A stretch of DNA of 64,000 bases from Alphaproteobacteria bacterium (GTDB lineage: Bacteria; Pseudomonadota; Alphaproteobacteria; Rs-D84). Within the stretch, counting starts at the first letter, position 1. Each line of letters starts with the position of its first letter. The stretch lies in contig JAFQTD010000015.1 in the NCBI GenBank assembly GCA_017409215.1, positions 261-64,260 of the forward strand, in the 5' to 3' direction. Shown piece by piece: positions 44,777-54,633 of the stretch. The position numbers were made by a program, and so were the translations under genes. The notes under the pieces were generated by a model. It did not search any database and was not told the origin of the DNA. It saw nothing but the letters and a program-made list of their open reading frames with translations.

Positions 44777-45295
44777 ATGCAAGAAAATAAACCATTATTA
44801 GTTGTTGGATTGGGTAATCCAGGGACAGAATATGAACATACGCGTCATAACGTTGGTTTTATGGCATTGGATACGTGGGCGGGGTCAGATGCGATATGGC
44901 GCAAAGAAAAGAATGCATTGACCACACGTTGCGAAATTGACGGTCGCAAAATTATTTTTGCAAAACCGCAAACATATATGAATAACAGTGGTATTGCAGT
45001 TGCGGCATTGATGCAGTTTTACAAAATACCGCTGGAAAATCTGGTTGTCGTTCACGACGATATGGACATTGCAGTTGGTGAAAGTCGCAAAAAAATCGGC
45101 GGTGGCAGTGCCGGTCATAACGGCATAAAATCAATTGATGCGCACGTTGGTCGTGAATATATGCGAATTCGTATTGGCATTGGCCATCCACGCAAAATGG
45201 ATTTGCCCATACCGCCTGCAGACTGGGTTCTGGGCAAATTCACATCAGAACAATTAACCGCAATACGAAACGTGGTTGGGGGAAATTATTTTTGA
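44777..45295 (+). CDS. pth: peptidyl-tRNA hydrolase
   Basis: LVVGLGNPGTEYEHTRHNVGF, ..GGSAGHNGIKSI. Confidence 0.95.
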   Translation: MQENKPLLVVGLGNPGTEYEHTRHNVGFMALDTWAGSDAIWRKEKNALTTRCEIDGRKIIFAKPQTYMNNSGIAVAALMQFYKIPLENLVVVHDDMDIAVGESRKKIGGGSAGHNGIKSIDAHVGREYMRIRIGIGHPRKMDLPIPPADWVLGKFTSEQLTAIRNVVGGNYF

Positions 45296-46179
45296 GACAC
45301 TATTCCGCCAGCGACACCACCTGTGCCATCTGGCGCCGGGCACACTGCAGATGCTGGGGGACAATTTTCCGGAACTGTTGAATAAAAATATAGGGGGTAC
45401 TCATACGCTAACGGTGGATTTCTGTACGGATCACTCATCGATTGTATTGTTATTGTGGTACCTTTTTGTTTTAACTTATTATTTTTAAGATAACAGTCGC
45501 TTTTTTGTTTTGCGCCCAAACCAGATGTTGTTGTTCCAATGGGGCAATCTGCTTTCTTTTCACTACAATTTGTACAATAAGATCCCTTAGGGCAGTCAGC
45601 GCATATTTTTTCTGTTTCGTTCCAATAACATCCCTCCATGTTTCGGCAGGCTGTTATCCGCGCGGCATTATCATCCGAACCACCACAGCCCACAACAAAA
45701 GCAACATCGGTACATTTTGTAATCGCCCGACAATCACTGATATCATCAGAACCAGGGTCAGAAACTGGCGTTTCTGGCGAACATTGTACGCGGTCAGGAA
45801 GATCCGCCGGGCAATAATATCCCGCAGGGCATATATCGCATTTTTTATTATTTACATAATAACCAGATGCTGCTTTACACCTGTCAGCATTAAACAAGCA
45901 GTCGTCTGCCGAATCCCAAGGATATGCGCCCTCGTTATCTATTGTGCTTGTTCCGGCGGGGCACTCTATTGCAAGACACCCCTCTCCTCCTGGACAATAA
46001 TGATCGGGAATACACTCTATGATTTCATTTCCTTCAGAATAATACCCTGGATTGCAATTAACAACCTGCCCCCCGGACTCAACAGTTCCATCAGAACCAC
46101 CCTGGGATGGGGCGCCACCCAATACGCATTCGCAGTGCGCAAAAAATATTAAAAATAACGCAATGAAAAATTTTCTCAT
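45286..46179 (-). CDS. secreted cysteine-rich repeat protein (furin/GCC2-GCC3/TNFR-like C-x-x-C-P-x-G-x-Y-C modules)
   Basis: Signal MRKFFIALFLIFFAHC. Modules CNPGYYSEG, CPAGTST, CDICPAGYYCP, CADCPKGSYCTNC, CPIGTTTSG. Confidence 0.6.
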   Translation of the reverse strand: MRKFFIALFLIFFAHCECVLGGAPSQGGSDGTVESGGQVVNCNPGYYSEGNEIIECIPDHYCPGGEGCLAIECPAGTSTIDNEGAYPWDSADDCLFNADRCKAASGYYVNNKKCDICPAGYYCPADLPDRVQCSPETPVSDPGSDDISDCRAITKCTDVAFVVGCGGSDDNAARITACRNMEGCYWNETEKICADCPKGSYCTNCSEKKADCPIGTTTSGLGAKQKSDCYLKNNKLKQKGTTITIQSMSDPYRNPPLAYEYPLYFYSTVPENCPPASAVCPAPDGTGGVAGGIVSQK

Positions 46180-46182
46180 ATT

Positions 46183-48996
46183 CTAATCCCCTGTGGTATT
46201 CTCTGGAAAGCTTACATTAAATCCTTGAAGCGCATCAAACGATACAGGGCAACTGACACCTTCCTCGCCATCCTTTAAGTCACAGCTAACATTTATATCA
46301 GAACCTTCGCCGCCCCACTTGGGTGTTAATTCCCATATGTTCATGTTGCTGTCTGTGTACGATATTGTTAAGTATTCTTTCTTACCATTATTATACCACC
46401 AAGACCAATACATATATTTTGGCTGCCCCCCCACCAGGCTTTCTAATCTATTATACGACACCAAATCGACACCAATTATCACCCCATCACAGGTTAGTAT
46501 CTGTTCATCTTCTGATTCCCCTTCGGGTATTTCTGGTTTATCACCAACACAGTATATGGTAGATTTTATCACACCAGATTTATATGACACCATCGGATAT
46601 GCGGTTCCTGCCGCCCCTGGTGGCACACAAATATATTCACCATGGCCAACCACCAAACCCGGACGACCGTTGTCATCCTTTGACGTATAATAATCCATCT
46701 TTACCGACCCACTAGAATTAAAAATATCCTGTACATGTGCAACATTTCCCGTTTGACAACAAATATTATAGTCCGCCGTTTTCATCACACGCCCATTACA
46801 ACAATTTGTTAATCCATTAGAAATGGTTATATAAGAGCTACAACCCTTGTCATATGGTGTACATGAATCCGTTGTGTTTGATGCAAACCATGACAAAAGA
46901 GTACTGCTACCGTTGCTGGGGGTCAATATCTTGTTTGCAACTGTTGCTGCGGGATCTTTCTCGCAATTGCCCCAAATGCGTTCTGTCATACGACACTTAT
47001 AACACCCCAAGGAAGAAGGTTCTGTGCATTCATTCTGACAAAAATCAAAAATTTTTGTTGTATCTGTTGTTGTATATATTTCTGTACTAGAAGACAAAGG
47101 ATGTTCCTGCTGTATTTCCTGTAAAATATCATCACCAGCACTGGCGATACAGTCGCCAACATCTTGCCAGCATACATCGCGCCATAAAACAGAACCACGA
47201 CTAATGGAATCTTTGTCTGCGCATAAGCCAAAGTTCCCCGTCAGACTTTGACAGGCCTGAATAATACAATTTTCACCAATCACGCGACAATTCTGCATTA
47301 TCGCATCATATGTCTTGGCCGCCATAATGCCAGTGACCCCATCACCCCACGACATCGTGCCGTTGACACCATCCAGATTATCCATTAACGCAGTACACGC
47401 ATTGCGGACATCATTACACATCTGATTCGCAGTCTTGTCCGCAGAAATACTGAATACAGATAATGCACGCGCATCAAAATCAGCAATCGTTTTGTTCGCG
47501 TCATCAATACATTCCGCAACCAGTGTTGTGCATGACCGTCGTACCTCTTCTAGTTTAGAATTTTGTGCCAATTTGATTTGCGCCAGCGCATCGTCCAAAA
47601 ATGAATCCCATACCGTATCCGCAATATCCTGACAGTTTTCCGTCGCAGGTTCTAAATATTCCTTTTTCGTGTTCAGAAAGTTAACAAAACTGCTGTTTGC
47701 GGGAACAGTTTGCCACGTTAAATCAGTCGATGGACGCTGAAGAGTGTCTTGCAATAAATATAAATCTGAGGTCAAAAATGCCTGACCCGTTGTCGGATTT
47801 ATAAAATGACCCGTCGTGTCCAAACATTTGTGCATATTGTCACCACAAACCGATGCGTCCGTCAACATATCTAGCATCTTGGATTTACAGGTCAAAATGT
47901 CATCGGAATTTCTTTTCTGGTGAATGTTCAAACGCGACATATCCAACAGCGCACTGGATTCCATAATCTTGGAACGCGCCTGATCAACCTGGGCCTGATA
48001 GGTCTTAGAAACAGTATTGCAATCCTGTTCAATCATTAATTGATAACTGCTTTCCGCAATACTAAGTTCGTCGGGGGTGCAAACTTCGGCCCCCATTTCA
48101 CGACAAACAGGCAATGCCGCAGAATACAACGCAGTACCTATCTTGGTTGTGGTCGATGCGCCAGATAACGAATCAATATTATCAAATGCCGCATCCATAT
48201 TCAAAGACAATGATATCGCATTCAGTCCCTGATTGAAATTACTGTCATCAAAGCTGGTGTTTAGTTTCTTGGATATCTCGTCCAATAGTTTTTTTGATTC
48301 TGATGTATCCTTGACATTATATGCCAATTCGCCTTCGGTCGCCTGGGTTATCGCCTGGGCATCTTCTTTATCCATATTGACAGTCAATAGGCGCTGACTA
48401 AAATCCAGCAATTTATCTTCGGCGGCATCCAGACTGGCCTTGGTTTTATTAAATTCGCTGTGACGTACAGAACAGGCACATCGTTTTAGCTGGGTGTCTT
48501 TGTTGGCACAAAATTCATCCATACAATTATTAAATACTTCACGACATTTGGAATAATCCCGCGACATAATCGATTGCGCAGTCGCAGCATTTCGCGCAGT
48601 CGTCGTCGCACGCGCAACACGTGAAGATAATTTCGAGGTGGCCGTCCGCCTAGCTGTCGAAGTGACAGCAGGTATCGCGGTACGCGCCCCTGTGACACGT
48701 TCGGATTTTTGCGTTGTTGCGCGTGTAGCGACCACCCTGGGCTGAGACGCGACGTTTCTGGATTGTTTCACAGTCGCCTGAACCTGTCTGGTGACGCGTT
48801 CTTTTACGGTCGCAGGTTGCCTTGACCGCTGGGCGGATTGACGCGCCGACGAATCGCTGCGCGTTGTTTTTGCAACTGTGTTTGATTGCTGGCGCGGTGA
48901 AATCGCCTGACGTTGTGCAGGAACAGCCCCCCCGTCTGAGCCACAGAACACCAGGGGTGCAACCAAAATTGGTAAAAATACCCTTAAGCCTTTCAT
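46183..48996 (-). CDS. large secreted protein: R/T/A/S/Q-rich N-terminal region plus Cys-rich body
   Basis: 937 aa. Signal MKGLRVFLPILVAPLVFC, ~120 aa of low complexity (ARQSAQRSRQPATVKERVTRQVQATV..), then many Cys (..YSKCREVFNNCMDEFCANKDTQLKRCACS..). The stop lies 3 nt from the next gene's start. Confidence 0.6.
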   Translation of the reverse strand: MKGLRVFLPILVAPLVFCGSDGGAVPAQRQAISPRQQSNTVAKTTRSDSSARQSAQRSRQPATVKERVTRQVQATVKQSRNVASQPRVVATRATTQKSERVTGARTAIPAVTSTARRTATSKLSSRVARATTTARNAATAQSIMSRDYSKCREVFNNCMDEFCANKDTQLKRCACSVRHSEFNKTKASLDAAEDKLLDFSQRLLTVNMDKEDAQAITQATEGELAYNVKDTSESKKLLDEISKKLNTSFDDSNFNQGLNAISLSLNMDAAFDNIDSLSGASTTTKIGTALYSAALPVCREMGAEVCTPDELSIAESSYQLMIEQDCNTVSKTYQAQVDQARSKIMESSALLDMSRLNIHQKRNSDDILTCKSKMLDMLTDASVCGDNMHKCLDTTGHFINPTTGQAFLTSDLYLLQDTLQRPSTDLTWQTVPANSSFVNFLNTKKEYLEPATENCQDIADTVWDSFLDDALAQIKLAQNSKLEEVRRSCTTLVAECIDDANKTIADFDARALSVFSISADKTANQMCNDVRNACTALMDNLDGVNGTMSWGDGVTGIMAAKTYDAIMQNCRVIGENCIIQACQSLTGNFGLCADKDSISRGSVLWRDVCWQDVGDCIASAGDDILQEIQQEHPLSSSTEIYTTTDTTKIFDFCQNECTEPSSLGCYKCRMTERIWGNCEKDPAATVANKILTPSNGSSTLLSWFASNTTDSCTPYDKGCSSYITISNGLTNCCNGRVMKTADYNICCQTGNVAHVQDIFNSSGSVKMDYYTSKDDNGRPGLVVGHGEYICVPPGAAGTAYPMVSYKSGVIKSTIYCVGDKPEIPEGESEDEQILTCDGVIIGVDLVSYNRLESLVGGQPKYMYWSWWYNNGKKEYLTISYTDSNMNIWELTPKWGGEGSDINVSCDLKDGEEGVSCPVSFDALQGFNVSFPENTTGD

Positions 48997-49069
48997 TCCT
49001 TGATATTAGATATGCTAGCAAATTTATATTTTTATGGGCAAGTAGATTTTTATTCTGAGAGAGGATTTT

Positions 49070-49155
49070 TGGTGCGACCAGGGGGACTTGAACCCCCACG
49101 AGTTTCCCCACAGCATCCTTAGTGCTGAGCGTCTACCAATTCCGCCATGGTCGCC
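49070..49155 (-). tRNA. tRNA-Leu, anticodon reads AAG
   Basis: Reverse complement GGCGACCATGGCGGAATTGGTAGACGCT CAGCA CTAAGGA TGCTG TGGGGAAACTCGT GGGGGTTCAAGTCCCCC TGGTCGCACCA. The 7-nt loop CTAAGGA gives positions 34-36 = AAG. Confidence 0.85.
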
Positions 49156-49250
49156 CTTAGAAAGAAAATTTTTCATATTTTGACAACAAGTGATTTGTTT
49201 TTCAAGTCTTTTTATGATAAAATAAAAAAAACAAAGAAAAGAGGAGAAAA

Positions 49251-50783
49251 ATGAAGGCCGTCTCAAAAAAAATTTTGTCGTGCTCTGTGTTGGCATTGAT
49301 GCCTGTTATCGCAAGTGCAGCAGGAACATATTATAATGGTGGTTATCAATCACCACAAACACGCTATGCACAACGCGGATACGCACAGCAAGGATACGCA
49401 CAACGAAGCCGCAATTATTCGCAACAGGGTGTGTCACAATATACACGCAACCAATACACAAACGCAGGCTATTCAACAAATGCGCAAAATAACATGCGCA
49501 GAACAGCTGCGAACACCCAGTCTGCTAATGCGCCTGCAACAGAAACGAATCAAGGATTTTATTTGGGGGCTGGACTGTCGCGCCAGACCGCAATGTGGAA
49601 TTTTGAGATGAAAAATGCCGAATCGATTCTGCACTATGACAATATTGATTGGAATGTGCTGGATGTTGATTTAGGATATAATTTCATGGCCGGTAATACC
49701 CCACTGAAACTTAGCGCGGGATTTAAGTACGGTATGCAGGCCAACGAATCGACAATGGTTGACGACGATATTACCAATGGCGGCTATTTCATTACAGAAT
49801 GGGGCGAAGATACAAATAACGATGGTGTCGCAGATAGCGTTCTGGGCCAACAGATGGGGAATGCTTTATCAATCGGAACCAGTCAAGACGGTTCAATGAT
49901 GGGCTTTAACGCGGCGATTGGTATGACAAATGCGTTTAAGTTGGGAAATTTGAAAATTACACCATCTGTCGGGTGGCGCTATTTAAAATACTCGTTGGAA
50001 ACACATAATAATCATGGTATTGCAATCGATACCTTTAATGGTGCAGGCGGTTGTGTGACACTGGATGGCGAAGTGCAGTGTGACCCAGTGTTGATTTTCT
50101 ATGATTCTGCTGGCAATCAATATCTGGCGACACGTGGTGATACAAACGGCGACGGGTCAATCGACCTGAATGACGAGATTGAAGTTCCAACCGGTTATCA
50201 ATATGTAAATACGGGTGGTACGTATTACTATGGCCAGAATGGGGTTAGCCATAAGTATGACGTTGTGTGGTCTGGCCCATACCTGTCATTGGATATGTTG
50301 TATGATATTAACCAAAACAATCATGTTAATGCCTTTGTAGAATTGGGCTTGCCTTCGTATACTGCAACTGGCGATCAACCATATCGCTTTGACTGGCAGC
50401 ATCCAAAATCTGTCGAAGATACTGCGGGTATCGGTTCGGCATTGCACCTGGGGCTGGGGGCGAATTGGTCAACAGCACTTTCTGACAAGGTTATGTTGAC
50501 GGTTGGTATGACTTATGATTATTACAGCGTCAGTGATGCAGATGCACAAACATTTTTAAATGGAAATTATTATACAGGTATATATAATGAACTGCTGAAA
50601 CAATGGCAAGATGCTGGATATACCGAAGCAGATATGCTGGACCCAACAAATGGCGATCCTGTTGCCTTGAATATCAAGGACCTGGAATCAGAATGTCCAG
50701 GTTGGGTTTGTACAGACAATGGGGAAATAGAATCGTTCTATAAATCCTTGGGGGTTCGTGTCGGTATTCAGGCAAGGTTCTAA
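49251..50783 (+). CDS. outer-membrane beta-barrel protein with Q/Y/N-rich N-terminal region (omptin-like central motif)
   Basis: Signal ..LALMPVIASA. QRGYAQQGYAQRS repeats. WSGPYLSLDMLYDINQNN resembles omptin W-x-GPY-x-GL. C-terminal ..VGIQARF. Confidence 0.55.
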   Translation: MKAVSKKILSCSVLALMPVIASAAGTYYNGGYQSPQTRYAQRGYAQQGYAQRSRNYSQQGVSQYTRNQYTNAGYSTNAQNNMRRTAANTQSANAPATETNQGFYLGAGLSRQTAMWNFEMKNAESILHYDNIDWNVLDVDLGYNFMAGNTPLKLSAGFKYGMQANESTMVDDDITNGGYFITEWGEDTNNDGVADSVLGQQMGNALSIGTSQDGSMMGFNAAIGMTNAFKLGNLKITPSVGWRYLKYSLETHNNHGIAIDTFNGAGGCVTLDGEVQCDPVLIFYDSAGNQYLATRGDTNGDGSIDLNDEIEVPTGYQYVNTGGTYYYGQNGVSHKYDVVWSGPYLSLDMLYDINQNNHVNAFVELGLPSYTATGDQPYRFDWQHPKSVEDTAGIGSALHLGLGANWSTALSDKVMLTVGMTYDYYSVSDADAQTFLNGNYYTGIYNELLKQWQDAGYTEADMLDPTNGDPVALNIKDLESECPGWVCTDNGEIESFYKSLGVRVGIQARF

Positions 50784-50792
50784 AGACTTGAT

Positions 50793-51416
50793 ATGTATAA
50801 TATAAACAAAATATTATTTACAGTATTGCTATCTATGGTTGTATCGCCCGTTTGCGCAGGAACACTGTTGCGGGGCGATGCAAACATTAGTATAACCAGT
50901 GATACCGCCCTTAACGCCAAGAATATCGCTTTTGATGAGGCACGACGTCAAGTCCTGTATGATGTGTTACAGCAATATGCTGATAAAGATGCGCTGAAAC
51001 AAGTTATAAAGACTGCGCCGACGGCAAAAGTAGCGGGGTTGGTTTCGTCGTCTGGTATTGTTGATGAAAAAACGTCCAGTACAACCTATTCTGCAAAAAT
51101 ATCTATTGTATTTGAAGAAACAGCCGTACAGGCGTGGCTGGCCGAAAATAATGTTCAAAACTGGTTGCCAGATACCAGTAAACAGGATTCATTTTCTGTT
51201 ATCGTGGAATTATCAGACAAATTACCACAGTGGATTGAACTTAATAATATCGCACGATCAGAAAATATAAAGATTCAACCACAAAAGATTTCTGGAAATA
51301 ATATAAATATTGTTGTACCAACAGAAAGTCGTGGTGCATTTACAATCGCGTTGCGTGAACGTGGATGGAAATACACAGACCAAGATGGTATATTACGTAT
51401 ATGGAAGAAAAAATGA
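50793..51416 (+). CDS. secreted protein, unknown
   Basis: 207 aa, signal ..LLSMVVSPVCAG; 9 nt after the preceding gene. Confidence 0.5.
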   Translation: MYNINKILFTVLLSMVVSPVCAGTLLRGDANISITSDTALNAKNIAFDEARRQVLYDVLQQYADKDALKQVIKTAPTAKVAGLVSSSGIVDEKTSSTTYSAKISIVFEETAVQAWLAENNVQNWLPDTSKQDSFSVIVELSDKLPQWIELNNIARSENIKIQPQKISGNNINIVVPTESRGAFTIALRERGWKYTDQDGILRIWKKK

Positions 51417-52270
51417 AAAAAATACTAAGCCTGGCAACGTTATGCCTGTTGCCACAAGTTGTTCTGGCGGAAACACCCGATTCAGAACGCACATTGTCAC
51501 TTGAAGTTCGCAGAATTGGACTGGAATGGTCCAAGACAGATGTCAGACATGCCGCGGAATATCAAAATTCGCCTGTTTCTGCGTTAAAGGCAGATAGCCA
51601 AGACTTTATCAAGGGTATTTTTGATACTGCATTGGTCTATAACACACAAAAATTTCAATGGGATAACAGCTTGTTTATGGAATATGGCGAAACCAAGTTA
51701 ATTCCATATGATGCCCCCGCCACAACCAGTGAAAATTCCGATGATATTTTATTATCCAGCAATTTGTCGTATGCGTGTTGGGAATGGTCTGGGTTCAAGT
51801 TTGGCCCAACTGTGCGCGCAGCATATGATACGGAATTTTTTGCAAATGGGCAATCACCGCGTCAGAATTTGATTCGTACAAATGCGGGTATTTCACTGTT
51901 TGATAATCAGGTTGTAAAAAGCCTGTATTTAACGGGTGTGTATGAATACGATTTTACGTATGCGGGCGAAAAGATTAGCAAACTGGCCGCGGAAATCGGA
52001 TGGCGTTTGGAATACCAAATTCGTGAAGGGATTGCGTTATCATCAAATGGTTATTATCGTGAATATCTAAGTTATTCTCAGTTCGTAGACACTGATTTAG
52101 AACGTGACTTCAGCGCGGTTTTGCGTCTTGATACGAATTTGTGGGGTGATTTGACGATGGGTCCGTATGTTCAATATCGTCGTGCACGTGCGCGTGGCGA
52201 AGACGTTTATGGCAGTAATTTTGTTATAGGAATATCCTTTAATTATATAACATCCTTTGGATTACTATAA
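51413..52270 (+). CDS. putative outer-membrane beta-barrel protein
   Basis: Start at MKKILSLATLCLLPQVVLA overlaps the upstream stop (ATGA). Alternating beta-strand pattern. Terminator at 52274-52300. Confidence 0.55.
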   Translation: MKKILSLATLCLLPQVVLAETPDSERTLSLEVRRIGLEWSKTDVRHAAEYQNSPVSALKADSQDFIKGIFDTALVYNTQKFQWDNSLFMEYGETKLIPYDAPATTSENSDDILLSSNLSYACWEWSGFKFGPTVRAAYDTEFFANGQSPRQNLIRTNAGISLFDNQVVKSLYLTGVYEYDFTYAGEKISKLAAEIGWRLEYQIREGIALSSNGYYREYLSYSQFVDTDLERDFSAVLRLDTNLWGDLTMGPYVQYRRARARGEDVYGSNFVIGISFNYITSFGLL

Positions 52271-52632
52271 AAAACTGGGGTTTGCCCAGTTTTTATTTTT
52301 TAATAGTTTTGATTGATTTTTTTATAATTTTTAATTATAATGATCTTTGAATCAATAGGGATATTGGTTCAGGGACCTAAGAAATCCTGTATCAAGGCGA
52401 CACTGTTATACGGTGTTGGAATCCGACTGCAGAATAAAAAAGACTACAGCGCGGATTATGCGCTTTTTTTATTATGCACTTTCCCGATTTTATGGTCGGG
52501 GGGCCTGTGGCTATACAACAGCGTTTCATACGTGAAGGCCATGGGGATCATTCTTTGATATGATTTTCTTAGCCCCCTGACCGTCAATTCCTTGACGGTT
52601 TTTATTTAATTAAATAAAAAAGGGAAAAGAAA

Positions 52633-54420
52633 ATGAAAAGAAATGTACTTTTAACTTCGCTGATTGCGATTGGACTGACATACAATGCAAATGCTGCAAC
52701 TGATGTGACGTTTGGTGGCGATTATACTATGTCAAATGGTAATCCTACAAATGTTGCAGACACATTGGCAGGTGCGACATACGATTATACAACCAGTTCT
52801 GGGACAGAAACAGGTATTGCGTATAACACAGACCCAGACAAAACAAAATTCACATATACCAATCCTGATGACACGACAGGCAGTTTGAATGATACAGTCC
52901 CAACTCAGGACCAATATGTAGGTACAACGACTGCATCTGGTGAGGTTGTTTCGACACAAAATATTGCGGCGGGACAAACTGCTGACCGCGCCAACTATAC
53001 CTATGTAAATGGTGCAGGTGAAACAGTTGTCTTGGGTGATGAACCACAAAATATGACTGATTCTATGACATTAAACGCTGAATATGCAGCTGGCAAAGAA
53101 ATCAACTTTACAAATGGTGACGCGGATACAGAATTTGACGGTTCATTGTATTCATTCCAACTGGATAACGGCAATACGTTTGTGTTGTCAGCTGACGGAA
53201 CTAAGTTGCTGGACGAAAACGGAATTGAAGTGTCACCAAGCACAGGAACAGATATCGAAACAAAATTCAATGCTGCACAATTAGCATATAATACCGATAA
53301 AACTGCATTTGATGCCGCCAAGGCGGACACATTGGCAAAATGGGGCGATGAACAAACAAAATTCAATAACGCAGAAGGCGTATTTAATGCAGACACTGCA
53401 TTAATTGCTGATTTAGATGCCAAGTTTGCAAGTATTGGCACAGCACAAGAATTATATGATGCGGCATTGGCAAAACAAGAACAGGCTGTTCAAACCCAGC
53501 AAACAGAAGAAGCTGTTCTTAAAGCGGCCACAGATGTTTACAACAAACCAATCTTGGAAACAATTACAAACGGCGCAAATGATGCCATTGACGGCGCATT
53601 GGCTGAAAACGGCGCAATCCGCACAGAATTAGATAAAAAAGTTAATATGTCTGATGCAGAGGCAATATTTGCAGAAAAACAACAATGGGTTGATAATACA
53701 TTGGGGCTGGAATCTGCAAATTCGAACGCAGTTGCAGATGCTTTGACTGGTACAATTGCCGGCAATGAAACAACATTCACTGGCGCAATCAATATGATTG
53801 ACAATGCAGTATCCCAGAATACATCTGATATCGCAACAAATGCGACAAATATTGCAGCAAATAAAACAGCAATTGAAAATGAAGTTGCACGTGCCACAGC
53901 AGCCGAAGCGGAATTAGATGGTAAAATCGCAACAAACAAAGCAGCAATTGAAAATGAAGTTGCACGTGCCACAGCAGCCGAAGCGGAATTAGATGGCAAA
54001 ATTGCAACGAACACAACAAATATCGCGGCAAATAAAACAGCGATTGAAAACGAAGTTGCAAATCGTATCTCTGCCGACGATGCGGTCTTGGCAAATGCCA
54101 AAGCATACGCAGATGCAAAAGGCACAATGTCCCTGCAGGCGGCAAAGGATTACACAGATGTTCGTTTTAACGAATTGGATGAAGAACTGTCCGCAGGTGT
54201 TGCCAGTGCCGTCGCAATGTCATCTGTTGCGGTATCTAACGTAGGCAAGGGAGAAGTCTCTGTTGGTGGTGGATATGGATATTACAACAGTCAATCTGCC
54301 ATTGCGTTTGGTGCGGCGATGGGTATTTCTGATAATTGGTCTGTAAATGCAGCAGCAGGATTGTCAGATTCAAACGTCACATTCCGCGCAGGAACAAACT
54401 ATAAATTCAAATTATTTTAA
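52633..54420 (+). CDS. trimeric autotransporter adhesin (YadA-like anchor)
   Basis: Signal ..IGLTYNANA. Coiled-coil stalk repeats NIAANKTAIENEVA. C-terminal anchor LSAGVASAVAMSSVAV..GGGYGYYNSQSAIAFGAA..AGTNYKFKLF. Confidence 0.85.
   Translation: MKRNVLLTSLIAIGLTYNANAATDVTFGGDYTMSNGNPTNVADTLAGATYDYTTSSGTETGIAYNTDPDKTKFTYTNPDDTTGSLNDTVPTQDQYVGTTTASGEVVSTQNIAAGQTADRANYTYVNGAGETVVLGDEPQNMTDSMTLNAEYAAGKEINFTNGDADTEFDGSLYSFQLDNGNTFVLSADGTKLLDENGIEVSPSTGTDIETKFNAAQLAYNTDKTAFDAAKADTLAKWGDEQTKFNNAEGVFNADTALIADLDAKFASIGTAQELYDAALAKQEQAVQTQQTEEAVLKAATDVYNKPILETITNGANDAIDGALAENGAIRTELDKKVNMSDAEAIFAEKQQWVDNTLGLESANSNAVADALTGTIAGNETTFTGAINMIDNAVSQNTSDIATNATNIAANKTAIENEVARATAAEAELDGKIATNKAAIENEVARATAAEAELDGKIATNTTNIAANKTAIENEVANRISADDAVLANAKAYADAKGTMSLQAAKDYTDVRFNELDEELSAGVASAVAMSSVAVSNVGKGEVSVGGGYGYYNSQSAIAFGAAMGISDNWSVNAAAGLSDSNVTFRAGTNYKFKLF
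53869..53997 (+). repeat. 75-bp-period direct repeat inside the adhesin stalk
   Basis: GCAATTGAAAATGAAGTTGCACGTGCCACAGCAGCCGAAGCGGAATTAGATGG occurs at 53869 and 53944. Confidence 0.85.
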
Positions 54421-54633
54421 TAGATAAATACGAATTATTCTTTGTTCAAAGAATCCCCCACAAATAATGCATACGCAAAATAATGGGGGATTTTTATTTT
54501 TTACCCTGCCCCCAGTCGCCACCAACAATATAAAGGCTGTTTATTTTGACTTTATTAGATAAATTTTTGCTGAAAAAAATTATTCATTGGTGCTAATATA
54601 AACTATGAAAACAACAAACCAAAAGAAATTGAT

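Noticed and set aside
52301-52632. Small RNAs or a riboswitch between the OMP gene and the adhesin (track ORF 52340-52558; hairpins GCGCGGATTATGCGC+T7 near 52450-52472 and CCGTCAATTCCTTGACGG+T5 near 52580-52605).
   Set aside because: There are two terminator-like hairpins but no match to any riboswitch consensus I know. The 72-aa ORF has no RBS. This is possibly an sRNA or a leader of the adhesin gene, but the sequence alone does not support a call.
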